Part shown: positions 11,340 through 22,933 of the stretch, one piece after another | Position numbering within the stretch: the stretch's first letter is position 1 | Layout: every line of letters begins with the position of its first letter | Assembly (NCBI RefSeq): GCF_964194025.1 | Contig: NC_134480.1 | Span: 23,560,001-23,624,000, forward strand | Origin: Convolutriloba macropyga | Taxonomy: Eukaryota | Direction of reading: 5' to 3' | Length of the DNA stretch: 64,000 bases | Program-made: the position numbers and the translations under genes | The notes under the pieces: generated by a model | Database searches by the model: none | What the model was told of the DNA's origin: nothing | Seen by the model: only the letters and a program-made list of their open reading frames with translations

Positions 11340-11962
11340 GCCTTGTAAAAACTCGACCTCGTTGTCGTTGTCAGAAATTGGACCTCCCGGGTTGCTCATC
11401 ATACAAAAATCGCAGTAACAGTTTACCTCCCAAAGAGATTATTTTATGGTCTGATGTTAATTGGATATTCTAAGTAGAGTAGACAAAAGTATTTGAAGTC
11501 AAAATTTGAATTTAGATAGACCGATTATGGGTAAGTTACAAAAAATACTATGGGCGCGAAAACATGAAAGTGTTGACTGCTGAAGCGAATTTTCACACAG
11601 GAAAAAAGAAAAGGGTTTTCAATTTTAAATTACTCTCAAACAAAGTTTGTAGCAATTATATTAGTCATGTCAGTCTTTTTTATGCGATTTTTCGATTGAC
11701 CGATTTTTCGTCTGAACCATTTGACTTTTCGTCCTCAAAAACGGGATAAACATGTAGCGCCCAGCGGGCATTAAGTTCTCTTAGAGCCTTTCAGCCCATT
11801 AGTCTCCAAGTATACAATTCACAAAAATTGTTTTGGAGACTTTAGTTATGGTATGTGAAGGGTGGTTCTTAGAGGTTGAAGACCCCCCCCCCTCGTGGCT
11901 AGCTACTGACGAAGTCAACCGGTCGTTTGAGAGCAATTGGCGCGACGTTAGTCGGTTATGTT
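11340..11962 (+). mobile_element. HINE-like family 3 copy (5' limit approximate)
   Basis: The block at 11640-11830 recurs at 16180-16325 and 17700-17900; ends gtcgtttgagagcaatt..CGAC-GTTA-GTCG-GTTATG|TT. Confidence 0.55.
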
Positions 11963-12145
11963 CTTAAGATTTAAAGATATAAAAAGCACGACTATGTCTA
12001 AAGGCTTAATACATACATGTCAATCTAATCAAGTCAAATCACTTATCATTTGAACATTTTAGTTGTAAAGATAGAAAGACATAACATTGTGAAGATCTTG
12101 TGGAATGAACTGGGAAGAGCCAATTTTTATTTCAGAACAGAAAGA

Positions 12146-15100
12146 ATGTTAGTACTCGTAATAGGAGACCTGCACATTCCCCACAGAGCAGCCAGCCTCC
12201 CTGCCCAGTTCCGGAAACTGCTCGTGCCTGGAAGGATCAACCACATTGTGTGCACTGGTAACCTGGTGTGTAGAGATGCACACGAGTATCTCAAGAGTCT
12301 AGCCAGTGACTTGCATGTTGTAAGGGGAGACTTCGATCTGGACTCGGTCAACTATCCTGACCAGAAAATCATATCGGTTTGTGTTCTTAATTGTGATTGT
12401 TAGATTTGGGTTTTTGTGTTTAATAATTGTTTTTAATAGCCGCGAAGCGATAGCGGCTATTATTGGGGACATCGTGGTTTTTTTACAATTCAAAGAATTT
12501 GAATTGTATTGGGGCGCTGTCTTTTTTTAAGATCTGTTCACACATTTTCATGATTTTTGAAGTCAAATTGGAGTAGTGATTTTGGTCACGCCGAAACAGG
12601 AAATGGAGCGAAAAAGCGAGTGGTTTTGCGGCGTGAAATTTTTTCGCTCTAATTTTAAAGTAGAGTGAGAAAACGGTGTTTGAACAAAAATTCGGTTTCT
12701 CGGTAGTGGTTTTTTGTTCACATGCGGCAATTTCACTCTAATTTTTACTGTTTTTTCGAGTTTTTGGATCGGATTTTTTTCTGAATGGTTTTCCCAATTT
12801 TTTCACAGCTCATTATAGGTCTGGTTTCTTGTTTGAATTAAACTTTCATTTCTCGCTAGAGGATTTTTTGTTCACATGCGGCGTTTTGACATCGATCTTT
12901 TTGTTTTTTTTCTTATTTTTTCTGATCTGATATTTTTTAAATGGTTTTCTCAATTCACTCATAATCCATTCTAGGTCTATTTTTTCTGTTTAGTCAAAGA
13001 AAATTCTTTGAATTGTACGTCAGGACTTGTCCTGCTATGTTTTTTATTTAAGATCTGTTCACACATTTTCATGATTTTTGGTGTGGTGATTTTGGTCACG
13101 CCGAAACAGGAAGTGGAGCGAAATAGCGAGTGGTTTTGCAGCGTGAATTTTTTTCGCTCTAATTTTAAAATAGAGTGAGAAAACAGCGTTTGAACAAAAA
13201 TTCGCTTTCTCGCTAGTGGTTTTTTGCTCACATGCGGCAATTTCACTTTGGTTTTTACTATTTTTTTTCAATTTTTTGGATTGAATTTTTTTCTAAATGG
13301 TCTTCCCAATCCATTCATAGTTCATTCCAGGTCTATTTTATTGTTTAGTCAATGAAAATTCTTTGAATTGTACGTCAGGATTTGTCCTGCTATGTTTTTT
13401 TAATTCGTCGTCTCCATCGATGATTCTTACGACCTGACTTCTTGGAATTGACTTCAGTGACTTCTATTGCTTTGCAATTAAAATTTGTGTGCGTGACGTC
13501 ATTTCTGCTTTTAGCTCAATTGCGTGACTTACCTCAATCAAAAAATGACTTCTGAAATCACTTACGGAGCTTCAAATTTTATGAACAGTTAAAGATCACT
13601 TATTTACTAGTTAAAGATCAATAGTGTGCATCTAAGTAGTGTCAAACTTATATGCCCTAATTCTTGAGTATTAATCTTTGAGTTTTTGGTTTCGAATATC
13701 AATTTTGAAAAAGCTCTCTCAGTGCTTTTTCCTTTTAGACCGCATGTGTCATAAAATTGACAGTCCGAATCTTACCCAAAAAGTCAGTGGTCTATTAAAG
13801 GTCTGGGGGTCGATCTGTATATCTTATTTCTTTAGTTGTTTCAATTCATGGAAGGCCACAAGCGTCTATCGCGGCTATTTTCCGGCAATCTCCTGGCTAT
13901 GTTTAATAGCCGCGGAACTTTACAGGGACTTTTGTTGATCTCATCGTAGTTATTGTTCCGACCCCTCTTGAGGGGGAGGAACTATATACTCAAATGGGTT
14001 TTTCGTGTTCAGTCAATTTTGGCCGATCGATATATTCATCGTAGAGAGTTGAGACTGGTATCATTAGAAAGCTTGTCCAGCGTAGAATATGGAATCAAAA
14101 AGATTTTTTGATTTTCGATTTTGACAGGGAGCTATCGAGGTTTAAACTTTCGAGAAAATGAAGTGAATTCAGTTGATTTCATTCACTTTTTTGGAATTTT
14201 TGACTAAAATTTCGCCAATTTTGATAAAATTTAATAAAATTTTTCACGAAAATGTTGATTTTACGTTTAAAGACCAAATATTTTGTCGGCTATTTTCATT
14301 GAATTTTTTTTTGGTCACAACTTCAGACTTTTTCATCAAAAGCAGCTCGAAATAAGTTTTAGACCACTGATTAAATTTGCAGGAAGTGCACGCCCAAACA
14401 CCACTAACACAATCTTTGTAGACTGAAAAGGGGGCTAATTCCACTTCAACTTCCGTTGAGAGTGCTCTGTAAATAAAACTTTGCCGTTTTTTTGCTAACT
14501 TTATTCGTTGATTATCAAGAACGCAGCATTTATTTTCGATTTTTTAACATAACAAAATATCTATATCAATGGCATTCCAGAAATTAAATATTCCTAATGC
14601 AGTATCAGCATTAGCAGGACTCCTTATGTACCAACCTTAGACCGTTACAATCCAAAAATAATTCGAGTTGTCGTCAGTCGGTTTTTTATAAAAAAAAAAG
14701 TTCGATTTTTTTTATATTAATTAAATAACAGAACATTTCAAATCAAAGCTCACTAATGATAGCTCCTATTGGCTTCCTAATTAGCTCAAAATTAATTTCT
14801 TTAGTTGAATGCTTGAAAGCTTAGTGTCGTTTTGACTTTGAAAATACTTGATTTTTAAATTAAAATTGGCTTATTGAACTTTGCCTCCATTTTTGTCTGA
14901 ATTTGGTCAACTTGTAGCTTAGTGTCAATCAAAGAGTGCTCCTTCTTTCTGCTAAATTCAAATTAAATCTTTATTTCGGTTTTACGCCTTAAGTTATAGT
15001 GTTCTGGCTTTGATACTACTAGATTTCACATTTTTTTTTTTCAATTTTTAGGTATGCCCATTTTTCATGTTTTGTCAAATTATCCCGTTATTGTCTGTTC

Positions 15101-18100
15101 ATATCACATTTTTCGCAATGGGAATAACGCACAATTGATAATATTTAAATCCTGAACGATATAGATTGTGGTTCTTTACCACTTTGACAGTACTTTCTCG
15201 AAGAATTTAATTGAATTTTTTAATTTTGTCTTTAACTGTCGTTTTTACTTTGTCTTTTTAGTCGTATTTAATTTCCTGTACAATGACCAGGTTTGATTGG
15301 TTTTTGCTGGAAGAGTAGATGAGCCGGTGTTCTGATAATGGCTTTAATGACTTTGAAAACAATTGTTTTCCAAAATGAAAAAAAAAAAAACATTTCAACT
15401 TCGCAATTTTGTTCCTTTTATTGTCTCTTTGTTACCTGATCTCGTTAATTAAAGGCTAAAGATGACATTGTTTTTGTCAAGGGAAGGTGTCAAACGGGAT
15501 TGGTGTCACAAAATCTAATGTTTTTAAAGAATTCGTTATGACTTCTGGCTTCGACACGGGTTTTGCACAAAAAAAAGTCAATTAATTTTTGATTTTTGTC
15601 ATATTTGACGTTCTTTCTGTAGAAGTAAGACTTGTTCTGGATAATTGCAGGTTTCGAAAGCTTCCTTTGGAAGAATAATTGAACCTATTCAATTTTTTCA
15701 TTTTGTAATTAATGGCTTTCATGTCTTTGGAAATAAATTTTTTTCGATAAAAACAAGTTTTATATAATCTTGCTTTTGTTCTTTTTAGTCTAATTTTTAC
15801 CTAGTTTCATTAATCAGAGGTCACATAATACATTTCAAGGGAAGGTGTCAAAAGAGATTGGTGTAACAAAGTAATGTTTTAAGAATTTGTTATGAATTTA
15901 ATAGCTTCCACACGGTTTTTTCAAAAAAAAATGGAAATGAATTTTTGATTTTTGTCATATTTGACGTTCTTACTGTAGACGTAAGACATATTCTGGATAA
16001 TTTCAGGTCTTAACGGCTTCCTTTGGAAGAATGGACGAACCTCTTCAAACTTTTCATTTTGTAATTAATGGCTTCTATGTCTTTGGAAATAATTATTTTC
16101 AAAAAAACTAAGTATTACATAATTTTGCATTTTCTTTTTTTGTTACTTATTTTTAATAATGAGTGGCCACATAACACAAACGAAACATGTAGCAATTATA
16201 TTAGTCCTGTTGGTTTTTTATGCGATTTTTCGCGTGACCAATTTTTCGTCTGACCCATTTGACTTTTCGTCCTCAAAAACGGAATAAATAGGTGGCGCCT
16301 AGCGGGCATTAAGTTTCTTTAGAGGCCCCTAGTCCCTTTTAGTAGTCCTTCAAGTGCTTAGTGTGGTGAAGCTACAGGGAAGGTCGTAGTTTAAGGTTAA
16401 AAGGTCATTTCTGGAGTTTTTGAGCCAAAAATGTTGCAAATTTTTGTGATTGCAACTCGTTGTCATTTTTCAAGTTTTTTGTTGGACCAGTCTAAATCTG
16501 AGGCTGTTCAAATTTGATAAAGGTCTTTTGCAAAACATAAGTACTTTTTAAGACCATTTTAAGAGCTATATATTTTGGTACTCCAAACAAAAACAAGCAA
16601 ATGTATACTAATTTTCAGTTTTTTGAAAATGTTTGTCAGTTTTTGAGTTTTTCAGCCCTAGGTGTCAAGGAACCTGCTCTAGGGTTTGATAATAGGTTAC
16701 TGCATAGTTTCTAGTGGTAATGAAATGGTTTTCAACGTTTTAACATCACGCATTTTAGCATTTTTTTTACAAAACTTTTTTCAATTTAAACATTGTCATT
16801 GTAAGTTCAGTCCCCCCAGGCGACAGAAAACCTCCTTAAGATTTTGATAATGAGCCACTGAAAAATTTTTATGGGTAATAGAATTTTTTTCAACCGTTCA
16901 TTATCTCAAATTTTAGCGTTTTTATGATAAAACTTAATTTTATTTCAAGTGTTCTGAAATTTTTTTAAATCACTTTTAGGTTAACACAGCCTCAAGAGCA
17001 GAAGAGCCTCCTCTATGATTTGATAATGGGTTACTACACAATTTCTATTTGTAATGGAATGCTTTTCAAGTTTCTAATATCGCGAATTTAAGCAATTTTT
17101 TATAAAAGTATTTGCAATTTTTGCAAGTTTTTATTTTTTTTGGTTTTTCGGCACCAGGGGCCAGGGACGTCCTCCATATTTTGATGCTAAGCTGCTGGTT
17201 ACATAGTTTAGGGTTAATGGAATGGTTATCAATATTTTAATGACTCGAGTTATTGCAATTTTTTGATAAATTTTAATTTTTTTTTATCTTGTTGCAGGAT
17301 TATTATCATGTTCCAAGTTTATGGGTCTTTATGAGCCAGTGAAACTATTTAAGGCTTGAAATAGGGAAACTGGATAGTCTCTTGAGACAGTGAAACGGTT
17401 CTGAAGATATTAGTATCAAATTTTAGTAAGATTTTTTTAAAGTTTGCAGTTTTTAAAACTTTTGAATATTTTTTGTCCTTTTCTGAGTTTGACGATCATT
17501 ACTGGCCAACAAAACTTTAACTCTCTCAGACTAGCTCTGTCTCTCTCACTCCTTAACTCTTTTGCTGATGCTGCAGTTCAGCTGCTGCTATGTGGCGTGA
17601 TGTCATCATCTATTACCCTCATTAACGCTGAATTATAGTAGAAATGTTCTATAAATGAGCTAACTGGCACTTTGTAGGAAATCATTGTTACTTGCTCGCA
17701 AACAAGGTTTGTAGCAATTATATTAATGCTTTTGGTCTCTTTATGCGGTTTTTTGGTTGACCGATTTTTTGTCTGATCCATTAGACTTTTCGTCCTCAAA
17801 CTGGATGAATATATATTGCCCAGTCGGCATTAAGTTCTCTTAGAGCCTTTCAGCTCACAAGTCTCCAAGTATGCGTTTCACAGAAACTGATTTGGAGACT
17901 TATGGCGTGAGGGGCAGTTATTAGAAAGTGATTCCCCAGCCGCACCTCACCCCCCCCCCCCCCCATATCAGCTCCCCAATCCTCACACATGCACATCGTT
18001 CAGGCTGAAAGGGTCCCGTGCAGCCAAAGATCCCCCACCCACTTGCCCGGCCCCATAGCGTTGCACCCCCACCCCACGGTGCTCACCTTGTGCCCCTCAA

Positions 18101-21100
18101 ATAAGGAAAAGCTAGGCTCACTAAACCGTGCCTAGCTACTGACGACGTCAACCGCTCGCCGGTCGTTTGAGCTCAATTCGCACGACGTTAGTCGGTTATG
18201 TTTATTCTATTTTTATCTTCAATATATGCAGGTATAGTTTTGAAAAGTCACACTTGAGTTCTAATAATGCATAGTAGTAGTAGTTATTTAATCCGCTCAA
18301 ACTGATGGTTTTCAAAATTTAGACGCTACTTGTTTTTATTTGTTACATTTTTTGTTAGATTTTACCGGTTTGTAGTTCTTTTTGTTGTTCTGGCACTTAG
18401 TCTCACTAATGAAAGGTCTCAATAGCTCTCTGATGAGTGAGGCATATTTGAGTTAATTTGTTGATTTATTTCAAATCTGTCGGTTGCAACGGCTTTTGCA
18501 TTGCTGTTTTTGAAAAACTAATTTCTAATAGCCATCGTGAGCCTCACAACCACTATAATTGAGGCGCTCCCATTTTGTAATTTTGTTTTAGCTTTTGATC
18601 ACGTTTTTCGTTTTATATAGATCTCGATTTTCACGTTCGACTCCTGACTTATTCTTTCACAGTTTCAACTGAAGTAATTCTTTCACTCTTTCACTGAATT
18701 ACGCAATGTAGTAAATGCGATTAAGGTCAAAATCAATGGATAAGGGATAAATCGATAGTCTGGTCATTAAGTCATAGTGCATTAGGTTATTAAAGTTCAT
18801 TAGATCGGTTGCCAGTTGGCATAGACAGTCAGCTAAATAGACTTCAGCTGAATATAGTTTAATTTTCTAATCTAACAGACTGGGCAACAAATTAGAACAC
18901 TTTTTGACACTTACAAGAATTATGTCAATTTCGATCTTCCTTTTCTGTTTAAATCTGGATGTGAGTTAAGTGGGTCAACGGCAGCTTTTCCCTGCAAGTT
19001 GTGGCTATGTTTGTTGTCCGTTTTGACTGTTTCTCTTCTTAGTTTCACCGATAAGTGGTGCCTTGGCTCTCTAATGAGTTACATTTGAACACATTTAATC
19101 GCTTGTATTAATGTCTAACAGTTTTCTCAACTTTAACAAATTATTTTTCGCTTAATCCCCTAATGAAGAGTCTGATTAGCTTTCTAATGATTTATATTCG
19201 AGCCCATTCAATCAGTGAAAGGTCTCATTTGTCCTGTATTGAGATATAATTGAAGCCATTTAAGGACGTCAGGTAATTGCCAATGATTTTATATGCTTTG
19301 ACAATATTTAATGAACTTTTGATTGTCGCCTGGTTTTGTTACATCTGTTACGTGGTGCCTGCAGTGTTTTTTACTGAAGTTGATATATGCTTTCCATTGA
19401 TGTATAGTGATGTAGACGTTGAAGATTTCAGGTTTTAGTCACATTTTTTAATTACTTTCATAGACATCTGTAAAAATGGTTTTCTACAAATATGGTGGTT
19501 TGCTGTCTAAATAAATAATAGGTATGGCTTTTTCGAGGTTGATTCGTTGGACCTATTAACTTTGACAACGTTTTTTTGCAAAAATCGAACCTACGCCATC
19601 TATAAATTAAACGGCACCGGTTGTTGTTTGAGAGGAGATCATTTGACGTTAGTCGGTTTGTTTATTTTCGTAACTACGCCCTCTATACAACCTACCTATC
19701 TACGTATCTACAACCTTAGTACAACACACTATAAGCTTCCCTAGAACATCTTCAGACCGTAAACAAATCAAATACCAAGACGTTCACGAAAATTAACAAA
19801 CCGACTAACGTCAAATGAATTCCTCTCGAACAACGGGCGGTGCCGTGTAATTTATAGATGGCGTAGGTTCAAATTCATGTTATTTAAAATGGAATACGAG
19901 CCTACGCCCTCTATAAATTACACGGCACCGGCTGTTGTTCGAGAGGAATTCATTTGACGTTAGTCGGTTTATTTATTTTTGTGAACGTCTTGGTATTTGG
20001 TTTGTTTACGGTTTGAAGATGTTCTAGGGAAATTGAGTGTGTTGTATTAAGGTTGTTGAATTCTTTGAATTGTAATTCAGGATTTGTCCTGCTATATATT
20101 TTCATTTGTTTGGTAAGTTTTCGACTTAACTCGCTCGAGAATTTTTTCACATTGTTACTGAGATTTTTTCACATTGTTACTAAGATTTCCACGAAGGACA
20201 ACAGGTGCACCTAAACTGATCTCCAGACGTTAATGCTCTAATGGTCTTCATCTAAAATTTGAGTGCTCTTCAGATTAAAAATAACACTCCGACTCTATTC
20301 CATGAATTTTATACATATTTTTGCTTGACCTGTTTGTTCTAAAACTTTTTTGATTTCCCTTTTCGAGTGACTTTTGCATGCTTGACTTTTTTTGTTTGAC
20401 CTAAATTGCTTTTTCATTGCTAAAACAAAACGATTGGAAGATTAGCTAGCACAAGAGTGACCCTGGTACCCGAGTTGTTAGTGCTTCAGTCTATTACTCC
20501 TGAGGTTGGGGTCTGGAACCGCTCCTTGGTCGAATGTTTTGCACTTATAAAAGTGTATGTTATCATCGAAGCTGCTGAGAAGAGAATATAGCAGTGTGAG
20601 CTAAAACCCCATATTGCGCCCCCTTTTAGTCCTCCTGCACTTCTCTGAATTGAGCTTAAGCCAGCCTCCCTTAGCCTCAGGACGACGTCAACCGCTCGCC
20701 AGGCGTTTGGAGCGATTAGCCAGATGTTGGTTGTTTTTCTCATTTCAATTGAGCACTGACCCAATACCTTTTGACAGCGGTTTTTTAAATAAAAGAAAGG
20801 GCATACATGACTTCGACTATCTAGGGGCGTGATCTCGAGTTCTAATTCTATTTTATAACTGTTTCCATACTTTTTGCAGAGGATTTCAGTATTTTTTATT
20901 AGGGATTTTCTAATTGAACATAACGTAATGCAACGGTAATCTAAGATATCGTGGATGTACAATTCATAAAAGCTAGCTGCAAAAGCGCCATATGCGGACA
21001 TATTTGAAACCCCTGAAACGAACTGGGTGGTTTTAACTTCTCCTTGCAAGTGAGAGAACATCCTAGCCTAATATTTTCTGAAATCGAAGACATTTAAAGC

Positions 21101-21462
21101 CCATATCCAAATAAATTAGTTTGTTGTGTGCCTATTTTAAGGTCGGACAATTCTCCATTGGCGTTTGCCACGGCCACCAACTCATACCCTGGGGATCAGC
21201 CAGTGCGCTGGAAATGCTCCAAAGACAGCTGGGGGTGGACATCCTCATAACAGGCCATACACACAAATTAGAGATATTCGACAAGAACGGAGTGTTTTAC
21301 GTGAACCCTGGATCGGCTACTGGGGCATACAGTCCGACGGAAAGCCAACCAGTTCCATCTTTTGTGCTAATGGATATTCAACAGTCTACTGTTGTGACGT
21401 ATATATACAGACTGATTGACAATGAAGTTAAAGTGGAGAGGATCGAGTTTAAAAAACCATAA
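12146..21462 (+). CDS. VPS29: Vacuolar protein sorting 29 (retromer subunit), 183 aa; exons 12146-12376 and 21142-21462
   Basis: [40 protein letters not shown]...VRGDFD joined to [18 protein letters not shown]...[10 protein letters not shown]...NPGSATGAY...PSFVLMDIQ...[11 protein letters not shown]. Phase-0 GT-AG intron of 8765 bp. Confidence 0.97.
12434..13903 (+). mobile_element. HINE family 1 copy with nested family 2 (12484-13039) and a tandem duplicate of its body and 3' end (13050-13394)
   Basis: 5' AATAGCCGC-GAAGCGATA-GCGGCTATT; 3' CGCGGCTATTTTCCGGCAATCTCCTGGCTATG|TT; 12484-13039 is near-identical to 6881-7433. Confidence 0.75.
13904..18202 (+). mobile_element. Large composite HINE-like insertion with internal tandem repeats
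   Basis: Starts AATAGCCGCGG directly after the previous element; contains a ~360-bp direct duplication (15478-15800 vs 15837-16150) and a ~170-bp tandem array (16500-17420); ends with the family-3 terminus acgacgttagtcggttatgtt. Confidence 0.5.
19708..20057. repeat. Long inverted repeat (~160-bp arms, ~30-nt loop) with a third partial copy at 19588-19670
   Basis: acaaccttagtacaacacact...ccgactaacgtcaaatgaattcctctcgaacaac..cggtgccgtgtaatttatagatggcgtagg is the reverse complement of cctacgccctctataaattacacggcaccg..gttgttcgagaggaattcatttgacgttagtcgg...agtgtgttgtattaaggttgt. Confidence 0.85.
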
Positions 21463-22933
21463 AAAATGTATAATACTGGATCTGTTTAATCTCCAATGAT
21501 ATGATTTAGGTTTTTACACATTTGAGTCTGAACGCGAAATATAGCCCCCGCTAATATATGATAACGGTAATTAGTATCTAAGCTATACAATTTCTAGCCT
21601 CACTGAATAGGTGGGGGGTCAATAATGGGAATTTAGTGACATTCTCTTTGTCAGAGTTTTTCAGTCCGAATTGGTTTGACAGCTTTTTAGACGCTTGTCT
21701 TTGTTCAGAGATCATTGCGATCATGATGGCCTAATAACGTGATTTTTGAGGATTGGAACTCGAGTCCGTTTTTTGCGTTGCTTCAAAAGAATGAAATTTT
21801 CATCTTACTAACGGCTCTTTCTACCTCCCCAGTAATTCCTTTTCATTTCATGAAGTCGACAGATCTCATGGCTACCTGGCTATCTTTGCAATTTTGATTG
21901 TAAGAATTTTGGCCCCTGACTGTGTAAGGTTTTTCTGTAGCTTGGTTATTTAATTGGCGTTGTGGCTTATGGTGCCGAATTATACACTAACGCAAAACCT
22001 AGCAGTTTTATCAAAATAATTATATTTAACGGGGACAACAAAGCAGATCTAAAACGTCTCGAATCATCGACTAAATATAATTATGATGAAATTGTTGATG
22101 AAATTTAATTAAACTGTATTTAAACTCTTTTTGTTACAAAATAAAGCTATTGTAGTTCTGATTGGGATAAAGTGTATTTGTTCTACCATTTACTGTGAAA
22201 TCTATTTTATTACAAAAATTAGTGAAATTAAATGTTTCTATCCACGCGTTTTGAAGGATTTTGAGTCGCCGCAACTAATCAAATGGCCCTTGTATACTTC
22301 AATTTCAATGCTTTGTAGATATAGGATTTGTAAGTCTAGAGCTTGTATAATTTGAGTAGATATATATCTGCTTAAACCTAGTGCGGGAACAAAGCACCTT
22401 TGAAATAATGCACTTTTTGTAAAGTCCGTCCATATAGCGCGTGACGCAAAAAAAAACAGTTTCAAAATTGGAACGAGTATTGTTTAATCCTCATTAAAAT
22501 ACATACAAGTAATGTATGTTCAAGTTGAGAGAAAGATTTGCTCGATGGCTAAATACTGTCTGCCTGTCTTGTTAATTATTAATCGTCATCTTTATTTCCT
22601 CTGAATTCGAGGATTGGAAGCATTAAAAGCACACCAAATAACAATCGTATCTTACCGTATTTGTGTTTGTTTACATTAGGAACCGCATTTAATTGTTAGA
22701 GCGTGTTTACTTTGGAAAGGCTTCTGGGAATAATTCAAAAGCGATCAGGAGATTACCACGATAAGAGTTGAACAGCAATCAAATTCAATCTTGCTTCACA
22801 ATGTGAACAATCTTTACCTCAATGGGAAGCGATCTCTTTAACATCTTTTTGAAGCGACCACTTTAGAGTGTGAAGTTGTTCCTGTGCATCCAGTTATTTG
22901 GAAACAAGAACTGAAGAAACTAATCCAGAGGCG

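Noticed and set aside
20486-21061. 191-aa minus-strand ORF in the VPS29 intron
   Set aside because: No recognisable motif, and it overlaps a degenerate family-3 HINE end; probably a chance ORF.
21165-21419. 84-aa alternative-frame ORF within VPS29 exon 2
   Set aside because: Off-frame shadow of a highly conserved exon, with no independent support.
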